Sequence record: MH460460.1 | Direction: 5' to 3' (one strand) | Length of the DNA stretch: 64,000 bases | Part shown: positions 10,083 to 19,276 of the stretch, in pieces | Layout: every line of letters starts with the position of its first letter | Numbering within the stretch: position 1 is the stretch's first letter | Translations under genes and position numbers: made by a program | Notes under the pieces: model-generated | The model's input: only the letters and a program-made list of their open reading frames with translations | Database searches by the model: none | What the model was told of the DNA's origin: nothing

Positions 10083-10670
10083 ATGGATCTATCTGCAATT
10101 GGTTATGCAAGAAAAGACTTTCGTGTGATTCCGGTACATGAAGGATCTTTTGTGCGCGATTTCCTGCAAGGGGAATTTAAAGTGATGGGGATCGAGTGTG
10201 ACGCTCGCGCATCATATAATAGTCCAATTCAGACTAGACTAAAATCCATCTTCCCAAATCTGGCGCAGCAAATGAAAGCTGTCCAGCCAGATACTAAGTT
10301 GTTGGGTACGACAATTCTTTCTGCTGTTAACACGCATTCCATACAATGCGGCTTGATTGCGAACATGTTTATCTCAACTGGATTTGGTTTAGACCGAACT
10401 GGAAAAAATAAAAGACAGACTCCTGTAGATCGTTTTAGTGAAAAATTTCTGATCGAATCATTTCGAAATCTTGTGACGCAACTCAGGCGACGCAACATTG
10501 AGCCGGATCGTCAAATCGCGGTACAGCGTTTTTACGGTGGCCCAGGTGGTGTTGAGTGGAAGAAAGTTCAGGACGTGCTTGATATGATTTGCGAAGAACA
10601 TCGCATAAACATTATGGCATATCTTCCGAAAGGTCACGACGCGAATTTTGTGTCTGACTCTAACCACTAA
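10083..10670 (+). CDS. Macro-domain (ADP-ribose-binding/processing) protein, divergent
   Basis: C-terminal IAVQRFYGGPGGVEWKKVQDVL matches the Poa1p/OARD1/DarG-like iamPrIGcGlgGl.W..V pattern; IANMF strand present; N-terminal motif degenerate. Confidence 0.65.
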   Translation: MDLSAIGYARKDFRVIPVHEGSFVRDFLQGEFKVMGIECDARASYNSPIQTRLKSIFPNLAQQMKAVQPDTKLLGTTILSAVNTHSIQCGLIANMFISTGFGLDRTGKNKRQTPVDRFSEKFLIESFRNLVTQLRRRNIEPDRQIAVQRFYGGPGGVEWKKVQDVLDMICEEHRINIMAYLPKGHDANFVSDSNH

Positions 10671-10678
10671 GGTGCGTT

Positions 10679-10993
10679 ATGATTCGACAAATTGTACACA
10701 TCGCATTCGGAGACGATACCGATACAGATCAGGAATTGATTGAGTCTATTGATTGGGACAAAGAACTCGGTTCCGTTACGTTGAGTTTTGCACGCGGCGC
10801 AACGGAAGTTATTAAAGCACTCCAAAATAACGAAAGCCTTTATGCGCAATCGTCGGAAGGAATCTATCGTGTTCAGTATTATTGTCCTTTCCGGTTTCTG
10901 GTTCCCGAAGCAGGTGCGGAGATTTCACGCATTACTTTGGGGTTGCGGTTAGTCACTTTCCATCCGGGTCAGTTTCTCGTGATGGTGGAATAA
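10679..10993 (+). CDS. Hypothetical protein
   Basis: 104-aa ORF with SD. Confidence 0.6.
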   Translation: MIRQIVHIAFGDDTDTDQELIESIDWDKELGSVTLSFARGATEVIKALQNNESLYAQSSEGIYRVQYYCPFRFLVPEAGAEISRITLGLRLVTFHPGQFLVMVE

Positions 10994-10998
10994 CAAAC

Positions 10999-11643
10999 AT
11001 GTTCAATAAAAATGAGATTGATAAACTTGTTCTGGAAATGGACTTAGGAAATATTCCTCGTCCTACGGATGAACTTGTTTCAGAGGTTCTCTCTCACGGG
11101 AAAACCCGCGTTCTTTCAAACTCCGGGGAAAATCTTGATCCCTTTAGTAAGCAATTTTTCGCTTTCTGTTGGACGCAAGTTGGGCGTTTTGGTTTCAACA
11201 ATCTCAATGCTGTTGAGATTGGATATCTAACGCACATCCAACCTTTCTATATCGCGTGCGCTATCAGTCGCTACGGTATGGATTGGGGAACTAGGTTCCT
11301 GCACATGAAAAGAATCACGTCAATTCAACGAAGCAAAGCTAGTGTGATTAAATTTCGTGATAACTATTTTTCGGTGCTGGACTTAGAACGTAATCTAAAT
11401 GCAGGCCATTCCCTTAACAACATAACTCGCGAGTATCGCGGTTATATCAAGGCCGATGATGTTTCGGGACTGCGCGAAGCGGTTGCTAATTCCGGTTCCT
11501 CACTCTGCATGGTGTTTGCAGAGAAACCGATTTTCCGACTTCCGACTGACGACGAACGTAAAGCAGACGAAAAGCCCAAGCGCAAACGCACACCGAAAGG
11601 AGATTACAATCCTCGGTATAGCGGCGTCGATGCTGAAATATAA
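10999..11643 (+). CDS. Hypothetical protein
   Basis: Likely start ATG 10999 (MFNKNE), after the previous stop; basic C-terminus. Confidence 0.6.
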   Translation: MFNKNEIDKLVLEMDLGNIPRPTDELVSEVLSHGKTRVLSNSGENLDPFSKQFFAFCWTQVGRFGFNNLNAVEIGYLTHIQPFYIACAISRYGMDWGTRFLHMKRITSIQRSKASVIKFRDNYFSVLDLERNLNAGHSLNNITREYRGYIKADDVSGLREAVANSGSSLCMVFAEKPIFRLPTDDERKADEKPKRKRTPKGDYNPRYSGVDAEI

Positions 11644-11646
11644 TTG

Positions 11647-11672
11647 AATGGGCGGCGATTGCTGCCCATTTT
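11647..11672 (+). terminator. Hairpin / probable terminator
   Basis: AATGGGCGGC-GATT-GCTGCCCATT-TT. Confidence 0.65.
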
Positions 11673-11686
11673 CATAAGGCTCGAAA

Positions 11687-11983
11687 ATGATTAGCGACAT
11701 TACAGAGAATTTTATTTATTGTTCCCCTAGCGGAATTCCGTTCCGCGTAAAAGAAATTGCCGCACACGGACAAGATTGTTCTCTGGCTATGGTTGTCTAT
11801 GAGAATTTGGAACCTACGAAAGATTATCCAGCTTTTAAAACGTGGGTACTTCCTGAATCTTTGTTCGTGAAACAATTTTCTGAATATTCAGAAGGAGAGT
11901 TTTATGAACGAAACAATGCTGTTGCCTCATCTGCTATCGCGTCACTGGAATCCCGAAAAGCATTTCGGATGGCTTTCTCATAA
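11687..11983 (+). CDS. DUF1653-like small SH3-fold protein
   Basis: FRVKEIAAHGQDCSLAMVVYENL...TWVLPESLFVKQF pattern. Confidence 0.6.
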   Translation: MISDITENFIYCSPSGIPFRVKEIAAHGQDCSLAMVVYENLEPTKDYPAFKTWVLPESLFVKQFSEYSEGEFYERNNAVASSAIASLESRKAFRMAFS

Positions 11984-12414
11984 TCAATTAACTGTTCCGC
12001 TGTATAGCTTTGATCGCGCAATGCGCGGGGTTCAGGTATACACTCCGGAAGCGCCGAAGAAAGATCCTAATCCTAAAGCGTGTCGTTATTTCACGCGGGT
12101 ATTCGGTGGCAAACAGTTGGTGTGGGGAACGGAAATTATACCTGAACGGGACGACCGTATTCTTAACTGAATCCGTTTTTAAAGCGTGCGCATTGCATAG
12201 CGTTGGCGCTAATGCGTGGTCTGTTCTCGGAAGCAAAGTAAACCAACAATTGAAACAGCAATTGAGTTTGCTCGGCCTTCGCTTTGTTTGCGTAGGCGAT
12301 AACGATAAAGCGGGTGAAGAGTTTGCAGAAACTTTTCTGCACGGATGCACGTCGAATGATCTTGATGAGTTATCTCAAGATGAATTGCGTGAGTTAGTTA
12401 ATAAATTCAGGTGA
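11904..12414 (+). pseudogene. Small Toprim-domain primase-like gene broken by a +1 frameshift near 12130-12165
   Basis: The N-half (11904-12170) has LTVPLYSFDRAMRGVQVY...RYFT...VWGTE. The C-half, in the next frame to 12414, has VFLTESVFKA and VGDNDKAG (Toprim E and DxD). Strong SD (AAGGAG) before 11904. Confidence 0.75.
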
Positions 12415-12419
12415 AGAAA

Positions 12420-12599
12420 TGACTAAAGAACAAAAAGAATTACTTGCCGCTGTTGAGACTGCTTATGGCGGGAAGCCGAAAGTTATTTGCGACGAAACAA
12501 ATAACACGGTCGAGGATATTGAGAATAATAATCTCAATCTCACTATCATTCTTCCTCTGCCTGCAAAGTTCATTAAGTTTGAAGCAGTAGTTCAATAGG
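12420..12599 (+). CDS. Small hypothetical protein (not in ORF track)
   Basis: 59-aa ORF MTKEQKELLAAVETAYGGKPK... fills the gap exactly. Confidence 0.6.
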
Positions 12600-12606
12600 A
12601 AAACGT

Positions 12607-13449
12607 ATGATTCACGCGAGTCCAATTAAATTTCAAGGGAACAAGCGCCAGCTAATGCCTGTTATTCATAGCTTGCTCCCTACTGGCTGCACACGGATGA
12701 TTGATGCTTTTGGCGGTAGCGGTGTTGTTACTGCCAACATGCAATTCAAATCGCGTCTGTACGTTGAGAAACATCCTCAAGTTTTCGAAATCGTTAAGCA
12801 CATTTCGCAGAATGATCCGAAAGCAACTGTACGCCGTATTAAAAACATGGTGAAGAAATTCGCGCTGACTAACAGCAACGAAAAACAGTTTGAGGATTTC
12901 AAGAAGTACGCGAACAACAAAAACGATCCACTGCTGTTTTATATTCTGCACCGCCATGCGCATAGCAACCTGTTGCGTTTTAATCTTTCTGGCGAATTCA
13001 ATACGCCGTTTGGAGATCGTGGTCTGCTTGGTCGCATGGATGAAGTGGAACAGGAGATTACGAAGTTTTGCGAACTCATGGAAGGCGTTCAATTCTATTG
13101 CGGCAGTTACACTGGCGTAGTGGAAGCACTTCTTCGCCGAAAGCAACTCAACGCGAAAACTTTTTTCTATTTCGATCCTCCTTATCTGGCCTCTGGCGCG
13201 AACACTTACGCCAAATGGACAGAAGAAGATGAGCAGCGTTTGCTGAACAATTTGGTAGGGCTTTCCAATCGTAACGTTCGTTGGATGTTGAGCAACGTTA
13301 CAGAACATCGTCATTTCAAAAACCAATTCCTGATTAAATGGTTGAAGAAAAATGATGTAAAGGTACATAAGATCGACAAGCATTATTGTTTGGCGAACTC
13401 TCATCGCGATTCTCATGGAACAAAAGAGATCATCGTGACCAACTATTAG
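12607..13449 (+). CDS. dam: DNA adenine methyltransferase (Dam family)
   Basis: SPIKFQGNKRQL, IDAFGGSG (motif I), RFNLSGEFNTPFG, YFDPPY (motif IV), WMLSN. Confidence 0.92.
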   Translation: MIHASPIKFQGNKRQLMPVIHSLLPTGCTRMIDAFGGSGVVTANMQFKSRLYVEKHPQVFEIVKHISQNDPKATVRRIKNMVKKFALTNSNEKQFEDFKKYANNKNDPLLFYILHRHAHSNLLRFNLSGEFNTPFGDRGLLGRMDEVEQEITKFCELMEGVQFYCGSYTGVVEALLRRKQLNAKTFFYFDPPYLASGANTYAKWTEEDEQRLLNNLVGLSNRNVRWMLSNVTEHRHFKNQFLIKWLKKNDVKVHKIDKHYCLANSHRDSHGTKEIIVTNY

Positions 13450-13464
13450 CGTGTGGAGTTAATC

Positions 13465-13608
13465 ATGATTAGTTTTATCAAACATTGCGATCAAGACTTC
13501 ATTGAAACGGTTAAACGCAGCATTGCATTACGCGTGATTGTCTATGTAAGTCTGGCGGTCAATGCTTTGCTGCTGACCAATCTCGCTGTAAAACTTTTTA
13601 TTAAGTAA
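13465..13608 (+). CDS. Small single-TM membrane protein (not in ORF track)
   Basis: 47 aa with hydrophobic VIVYVSLAVNALLLTNLAV; GGAG SD. Confidence 0.55.
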   Translation: MISFIKHCDQDFIETVKRSIALRVIVYVSLAVNALLLTNLAVKLFIK

Positions 13609-13616
13609 GGATCGAT

Positions 13617-14339
13617 ATGGAAAACTTCGGTGCTATCTCTGCCAAAAGTTTGGGCAGATTCGAGGCATACGCGAAATGGGAATCAACGTTCGAACACGGT
13701 TCCAATTTTGAAATCTTTCTGAAACAGTCCGAAGCAGTACGCAAGGCGCTCTTTCTCAAAGAAGAAGATCTCGAATTGCTCCGCGACGTTTGGCGCACTT
13801 ATCACGTTGGCATTCCGTCTGCGAATCATCAAGTGAACATTGTTATTGCGGCGTTGAATCTCGATCCTATTCAGGAAGTTTTACGCCGCTACAAAGACAT
13901 TTTGGATCAACAAACGATAGTGGATGCTTACGAACATGGTGTGAACATCTACGAAGAAATTGTTCTCATCCAAACCGCTCGCCGTATGGTTGACAGCAAT
14001 ATCGCTATGTATTGCGCGGAAGTATTGGTAAAGGATTACGAAGACCGAAACGAAAATCGTTGTCTTGCTTTTCCGGGTATGCCAAATCTTCACCCACTTC
14101 TGCAAATTGCTTTCGAATACACGGCAAAATATTTGGTCGAGGAAAACGGTTCGTTTGTTAGTTCCATGATGACTCGCTTTAACGATCAACCAATCATCTA
14201 CCGCTATCCGTTGGATATGTCAGACGACGGGAACGTTGTTATTTTAACGGGCGGCGGTTCGATTTATCTGTTAGGCAAACCGCCGCGTACTGATACTGCG
14301 GCAAACCATTTGAAAATTGTAAGGAACACCGATGAGTAA
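13617..14339 (+). CDS. Hypothetical protein
   Basis: 240-aa ORF with SD. Confidence 0.65.
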   Translation: MENFGAISAKSLGRFEAYAKWESTFEHGSNFEIFLKQSEAVRKALFLKEEDLELLRDVWRTYHVGIPSANHQVNIVIAALNLDPIQEVLRRYKDILDQQTIVDAYEHGVNIYEEIVLIQTARRMVDSNIAMYCAEVLVKDYEDRNENRCLAFPGMPNLHPLLQIAFEYTAKYLVEENGSFVSSMMTRFNDQPIIYRYPLDMSDDGNVVILTGGGSIYLLGKPPRTDTAANHLKIVRNTDE

Positions 14340-14586
14340 CGAGAAGTGCGAAGAAGTTGGTTGTGTTGGGTCAGTCAGGCCAGACGGCGTAGAAGGTGTG
14401 CCGGGAAGCGATGAATGGACTCCAGCGGCAGGCAGTGAAAAAGGCAAACTGGAAGATCCGTTCGACAACGAAAACTTTTTCGATAATCTGGAAGTCGATG
14501 AAAATCGCATTCTGGAAATGCAGAAAGGCGGCGGCGAAGTTGTGGAACCGTCTAACGAATGCGAAAGCGGCGCGTGCATGATCTAA
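14332..14586 (+). CDS. Acidic mini-protein ending in an NrdA-like C-terminal redox tail (CESGACMI)
   Basis: 84 aa; C-terminus NECESGACMI versus E. coli NrdA GCESGACKI; second CxxxxC (CEEVGC) at the N-terminus; AAGGA SD. Confidence 0.7.
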   Translation: MSNEKCEEVGCVGSVRPDGVEGVPGSDEWTPAAGSEKGKLEDPFDNENFFDNLEVDENRILEMQKGGGEVVEPSNECESGACMI

Positions 14587-14594
14587 TATAAAAA

Positions 14595-14627
14595 CTGTAA
14601 ATAAGGGGTAAGGAAACTTACCCTTTT
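14595..14627 (+). promoter_or_regulatory. CTGTAAATA box abutting a GAAA-tetraloop terminator hairpin (site A)
   Basis: CTGTAAAT-AAGGGGTAAG-GAAA-CTTACCCTTT-T, fully intergenic. Confidence 0.6.
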
Positions 14628-14666
14628 CTATTTGTGGTAGCTTTTTAACTTTAATGGGGAAACCAT

Positions 14667-15245
14667 ATGACTTTCGAACCCGAACACTTCCATTTCAGCC
14701 TTGCGCATGAGAAAAACTTTCTCGCATACGCTCGTATGCGTTTGATTGGTGCCTCACTGACGAAAGAAAACTTCTTCGAGAAAGTTTTTCGTCCGGCAGG
14801 TGAAAAGCTGGATAGCGAGATCATGCAGATCTTCACCGATCTTCCCGGCACGCAGGAAATGCACGCTAACATCGGCTTGGATTCCAATCGCGATTACGAA
14901 AAGGTGTTGCACGAAATTCAACTCGGCTATGAGTATCATTACGATCTCTGGCGGCAGAAGCACGAAGCATTAGAAAAAGTTGTTCTGAATGTGCTCTGCG
15001 CAGTGAGTGACAACAACGCTCACATGCGTTCACCTCACTGGAAGATTCCGGATGATGTTGATTCTCGCGTCTGCGTTTACGGCTGCCATTGTGGTTTCCT
15101 TTTACGAATTGCAGACCAATTCTTTGTGCGTCCTCGCCTTCGCAAAGAGTTGCTCTCAAAAGATTATCCTCCAACGATTCGTGTTCAGATTGCTGTAGCT
15201 CCGAATCAGGACTTTACCTTTGCAACTCTACGCCGTGCATTCTAA
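14667..15245 (+). CDS. Hypothetical protein
   Basis: 192 aa; CVYGCHCG motif. Confidence 0.65.
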   Translation: MTFEPEHFHFSLAHEKNFLAYARMRLIGASLTKENFFEKVFRPAGEKLDSEIMQIFTDLPGTQEMHANIGLDSNRDYEKVLHEIQLGYEYHYDLWRQKHEALEKVVLNVLCAVSDNNAHMRSPHWKIPDDVDSRVCVYGCHCGFLLRIADQFFVRPRLRKELLSKDYPPTIRVQIAVAPNQDFTFATLRRAF

Positions 15246-15610
15246 TGAAAGAAATTCTTATCACTCGCGAAAGAAGATCTGAAATGTTCAAACAACTTCT
15301 GGCACTCCAAACGCAATTCTTTCATGCGCGTAAATGGACGTGGCGTGAAGGTTGGTGCGCTGGCGAAGAGTGTGACGAATGGATAGATGAATCCGGTTCT
15401 ATTATGTGGGCGTCTGTTCAGGATTACATTTTCTCGCCAGCAAACATTATGATGTTCATGGAGAGACACGAAATCTCTATCGAGCATAACGGAAAAGAAA
15501 GTTACACGGCAATAACTAATACCGGGATTGTTGGTCATGGTATTTGCCACCGTAGCGCTGTATTGACAGCAATGATTAATCACTACAGGAAAGAAAATGG
15601 AATCAATTAA
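15245..15610 (+). CDS. NinX/DUF2591-like protein
   Basis: Start ATG 15245; MFMERHEISIEH...YTA...GHG...SAVLTAM resembles the NinX C-terminal pattern. Confidence 0.45.
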   Translation: MKEILITRERRSEMFKQLLALQTQFFHARKWTWREGWCAGEECDEWIDESGSIMWASVQDYIFSPANIMMFMERHEISIEHNGKESYTAITNTGIVGHGICHRSAVLTAMINHYRKENGIN

Positions 15611-16091
15611 TCTGCCAATCAAAGATCGCGTACAGCATTACCCATTCCTTGCTGCGGCGTTCAGTCTGGCGAATATTTCTAAGGCGCGGCGTCGTGCGTG
15701 TGGCGCTGTTCTGGTTCGCGAGATTAACGGCATTCCGACTATCGTTGGTAGCGGAGTAAACGGAACGGAACCGAAGGAAGAAAACCTTTGCGAGACTCAC
15801 GATCTCACGCTGTCTTTTCCCGGTACTGTTCACGCAGAGATCAATTGCGTTTCTCCTTTTCGCGAGAGCGCAAAAGACACGGACATTCTTTATATCACCG
15901 ATTCGCCGTGTGAATTCTGTCTGGAGTTTTTGAAAACAACTTCGATTCGCACTGTTGTTTTCGCTCGCTGTTATCGCATCACGGAACATATGGAAAAAGC
16001 AGAAGGCTTCCGCTTTATTCATATTCCGGAACAGGCAGTGATTGACTATATGAACAGTTCAATTTCTCGCATGTCGCAGGTTATTTCGTAA
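15597..16091 (+). CDS. dCMP deaminase
   Basis: RRACGAVLV, GVNG, VHAEINC (HAE), TDSPCEFC (PCxxC Zn ligands). Confidence 0.9.
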   Translation: MESINLPIKDRVQHYPFLAAAFSLANISKARRRACGAVLVREINGIPTIVGSGVNGTEPKEENLCETHDLTLSFPGTVHAEINCVSPFRESAKDTDILYITDSPCEFCLEFLKTTSIRTVVFARCYRITEHMEKAEGFRFIHIPEQAVIDYMNSSISRMSQVIS

Positions 16092-16100
16092 GGCGTCAAA

Positions 16101-16553
16101 ATGGATCAAGTCTATAAATGCCGAAACTGCAAACACATCTATGACGGAATTGTTAGTAGTTGTGATTGCAATAACGAACCGTTCAAATACACAACTTATT
16201 TGGCGATTCCAAAACCAACTCTGCGTAACCCAAAACTGATTGATCAGTCGCTCATTTCTCCGGGCGTATGGGTACGCAAAGGAACCACAATTTTCGCAGT
16301 AACGCCTCAGAAGAAATTTATCGTGGGAACAAGTTCTTCTGAATGTGATGATCCGGCACAAGAAGCAGAAGCTGCTATTGCTAATGCGCGTGTAATGGGC
16401 GCGAGCAAATTGATGCTCGAAACTTTAATGGTTCTCCAATCGCATTTCCGCACACGCATTGCTATTAATCCGACTTCGGATGTGCCGCGCTCAATGCTGG
16501 AGTTAGTCAACAACGCAATTCAGTATGCAACTGTCGATGCAGAACAGGAATAA
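16101..16553 (+). CDS. Hypothetical protein with N-terminal Zn finger
   Basis: YKCRNCKHIY...CDC. Confidence 0.6.
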   Translation: MDQVYKCRNCKHIYDGIVSSCDCNNEPFKYTTYLAIPKPTLRNPKLIDQSLISPGVWVRKGTTIFAVTPQKKFIVGTSSSECDDPAQEAEAAIANARVMGASKLMLETLMVLQSHFRTRIAINPTSDVPRSMLELVNNAIQYATVDAEQE

Positions 16554-16555
16554 AA

Positions 16556-17428
16556 ATGGACTACTACTTTTCTCTTGAAGAACTAAGAGCGTGGGCGCGA
16601 GTTTGTTTAATCGTGATCGTATTTGGTTCTCTCTTTTACTCGATGTACACCAACTATGTGCGCAATAAATATGAAAAGATTGCGCGTCGTATGTACATCA
16701 ATGGCGAGCTTGCTGCGGGTCAAGTGTGGCAGCATTATCGCAATAAGCGTTACTACACGATTCAGGTTGTGTCTAATGCTATCGCGAACGGCAAAGAGTG
16801 GCCTCTCACTGTCGTCTATATGACAGCGAAAGGTTACGCGATTTATAGTCGCTCTGCGTCGGAATTTATTCGCAAGTTTAAAATGGTTGACGATGAATCC
16901 AACGCACGCGAAACACCTACTCAAAATCTTTTGTCACTAATGTCGTATGTGACGGGACGAGTTTCATTACCGGAACAAGGTTCTAAATGGGTGCGTGAGT
17001 ATGGCGTGCCTACTGGAACATTTAACGAACTCGGTCACTGCGAAACGCGATTGGTGAAAGAAAAGATTGTGGTTGATGACGTAACCAATCTCAATCAACC
17101 GTGTCCGTATGTGAACTACACCGATCAAAACGGAACGAAGAAAACAATCACGCTGCATCACTTCCGACAAAATTTTGTGAAAGATGTAGTGATTACGGAT
17201 CGCGTGTCGCACTGCATTCTGAATAACGAGAATGTGGCAGCATTGGACGAAGCGACTCTTCGCGATGGTGATCGCGTAACTGTAAAAGAAGTAGTAGATA
17301 ACGAATTTATCGTTGTCGATTACTGCGGCATTTCTGCGAAACTTGTAATGGCTACAAAAGGTTTTTACGTGGGCGCAGAATACGTTATTAATGATGGCTG
17401 TCTGACGATAGGGAAAGACGATGAGTAA
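16556..17428 (+). CDS. Membrane-anchored multidomain protein with a DUF1653-like domain
   Basis: N-terminal TM (VCLIVIVFGSLFY); GQVWQHYRNKRYYTIQ...VVY...IYSRSASEFIRKF. Confidence 0.6.
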   Translation: MDYYFSLEELRAWARVCLIVIVFGSLFYSMYTNYVRNKYEKIARRMYINGELAAGQVWQHYRNKRYYTIQVVSNAIANGKEWPLTVVYMTAKGYAIYSRSASEFIRKFKMVDDESNARETPTQNLLSLMSYVTGRVSLPEQGSKWVREYGVPTGTFNELGHCETRLVKEKIVVDDVTNLNQPCPYVNYTDQNGTKKTITLHHFRQNFVKDVVITDRVSHCILNNENVAALDEATLRDGDRVTVKEVVDNEFIVVDYCGISAKLVMATKGFYVGAEYVINDGCLTIGKDDE

Positions 17429-18524
17429 TTACCCGCAACTGGATCTCACCAAAGAGCGCGACTTTGAAATGTACGCTTACGACAATTACGATTGTTTGTA
17501 TATGGGGCGCGTCGATGCAATCAGAGCCGAAGGGCGTCCGGTGAGCGATCCGAAACGTACAGAAGATCAGTGGCGCACAATTCCCGGTTGTGTTATCCAA
17601 CTTGCAAATACAGCAATGGCTTTCCCTGCGCCGCTTTCTAAAAAAGCAAATTGGGTTGCGGCTGTTGATGAAAGCTGCTGGTTCATGCGAGGCGAAACAA
17701 ATATCAATTCACTCAATTCTAAAATTTGGGATGAGTGGGCTGATGAATCCGGCGAATGTGGCCCGATCTATGGTGAAATGTGGCGGCGCTGGCCTGACCT
17801 CAAAGCGTTCTATGATTACACGCAACCTTCTGGCGTGTGTCCGGATGCCGATGTGATTCGTGCTCGCAAAGAAATCGAACGTATGCGTGCGGCAGGCTAC
17901 AAAGAAACGATGATGCTGGACGGTCGCATTCTGTTTGAAGGCGAAATTGATCAGTTGCTGGAAGCGTTAATCGCAATCAAAGATCGTTCGCGTTCGCGCC
18001 GCATTCGTGTTCAGGCATTCAATCCTTCTTATCTGCATATGCAGGGATTGCCGCCGTGTCACACTGGTTTCGAATTCAACGTGTTGCCGTCAACGCTTTA
18101 TGAACAAACGATCATGCGTGCTGCACACGGAGAAGCGTTCGAAGAAACTCTGCACATTAGCGTCTTTCTCAGATCAAGTGATACCCTATTGGGTTTGCCC
18201 TTTAATGTGATCGGCTATTGCTCTATCTTCCATCTGTTCGCGAAATATTGCGGTCTGAATATCGGTAGCTTTACGATTGACAGCACCAACACGCACGTTT
18301 ACGAACATCACTGGTCGGCGCTGGATAAACAGCGTGAGCAATTCGAAGAACTGGTTGCGGAAGTTCGCAGCACTGGCAATCCGATGCAGTATCCGATCAT
18401 GCGTATCGATCCGAAAATCTTCTCGCTGGAACCGAAAGAACTTCTGGATTCGATCAGCGTAGAAATGTTTAATCTCGAAGGTTACAATCCGAAAGGTAAG
18501 ATTACCGGGCGCGTGACCAAATAA
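17421..18524 (+). CDS. thyA: Thymidylate synthase
   Basis: ESCWFMRGETN, IWDEWADE.GE.GPIYG..WR, EIDQL, LPPCH (catalytic Cys), RSSDTLLGLPFNV, HVYEHH; about 50-aa insertion. Confidence 0.95.
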   Translation: MSNYPQLDLTKERDFEMYAYDNYDCLYMGRVDAIRAEGRPVSDPKRTEDQWRTIPGCVIQLANTAMAFPAPLSKKANWVAAVDESCWFMRGETNINSLNSKIWDEWADESGECGPIYGEMWRRWPDLKAFYDYTQPSGVCPDADVIRARKEIERMRAAGYKETMMLDGRILFEGEIDQLLEALIAIKDRSRSRRIRVQAFNPSYLHMQGLPPCHTGFEFNVLPSTLYEQTIMRAAHGEAFEETLHISVFLRSSDTLLGLPFNVIGYCSIFHLFAKYCGLNIGSFTIDSTNTHVYEHHWSALDKQREQFEELVAEVRSTGNPMQYPIMRIDPKIFSLEPKELLDSISVEMFNLEGYNPKGKITGRVTK

Positions 18525-18529
18525 ACTAT

Positions 18530-18551
18530 GGCGGCCTTGTGCCGCCTTTTT
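18530..18551 (+). terminator. Intrinsic terminator
   Basis: GGCGGC-CTTGT-GCCGCC-TTTTT. Confidence 0.8.
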
Positions 18552-18565
18552 CATAGGGAATCCGT

Positions 18566-19276
18566 ATGCCTATCATGCGTAATTGGTTTCACTTTGCGGC
18601 AGTACATCGTGACAATATTCGTGATGTGCGTATCCAATTTGAAAGTGAATCTGAAACAGATCACAATGAAATGTATCAACACAAGATCGGTTCTCCGGTT
18701 GTGCTTGGTATAAATCAAGGCGATAAAAATATTTCCCATTTCATTGATGCGACTATTCTTGCCGTGCGTTTCAGTGAAAGAGTCTGCTATGATATCGCGG
18801 TGCCGATTGGCAACTCAGGCGTTATGGCAGTGATGAAAATGATTTCCGGAAGTAACCTGCGTTCACCTGAAACTGCATACGAACCGGAACCAGCGCCCAT
18901 TGAAAATAAAGTAAATCTCTCCATTGTGCCAAAAGAGCTTGTCGAAGTGGAAGATTTAAGTCCGGTTGCGTGTGAACGTTTTCCGGAAACTTATTTCGGC
19001 GAACAGGTTTCCGATATGCCTCCGCGAAAACATTGCGTGAAGGTGAAGAGTTTAAAAATTTCTGGCACGATGCAGTCAGAAGAAAACCATTTTCAAATCG
19101 GAGACGAAGTTATTATTCCTAACTCTCCAAATTCCATGCGTGGATTAATCTACGCTATCAACGTTAGTCAGCATTTCTCGTATGACATTGCAGTGCCTAC
19201 GCGTGACGGCTACTATGCAATCCATCGCGATATTGATGCTGAATATATTGAAGCTAACCCGGCTAAGGAAGAATAA
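18566..19276 (+). CDS. Tandem SH3/KOW-like repeat protein
   Basis: Two repeats: KIGSPV...ILAVRFSERVCYDIAVP and FQIGDEV...IYAINVSQHFSYDIAVP. Confidence 0.6.
   Translation: MPIMRNWFHFAAVHRDNIRDVRIQFESESETDHNEMYQHKIGSPVVLGINQGDKNISHFIDATILAVRFSERVCYDIAVPIGNSGVMAVMKMISGSNLRSPETAYEPEPAPIENKVNLSIVPKELVEVEDLSPVACERFPETYFGEQVSDMPPRKHCVKVKSLKISGTMQSEENHFQIGDEVIIPNSPNSMRGLIYAINVSQHFSYDIAVPTRDGYYAIHRDIDAEYIEANPAKEE

Noticed and set aside
12652-13416. 254-aa antisense ORF within dam
   Set aside because: Antisense shadow arising from codon bias; no SD or domain signal.
17421-18524. ThyA as a base-modification enzyme (dCMP hydroxymethylase-like)
   Set aside because: It retains the dUMP-specifying Asn in LPFNV and a canonical PPCH; no modification cluster is visible in the window.
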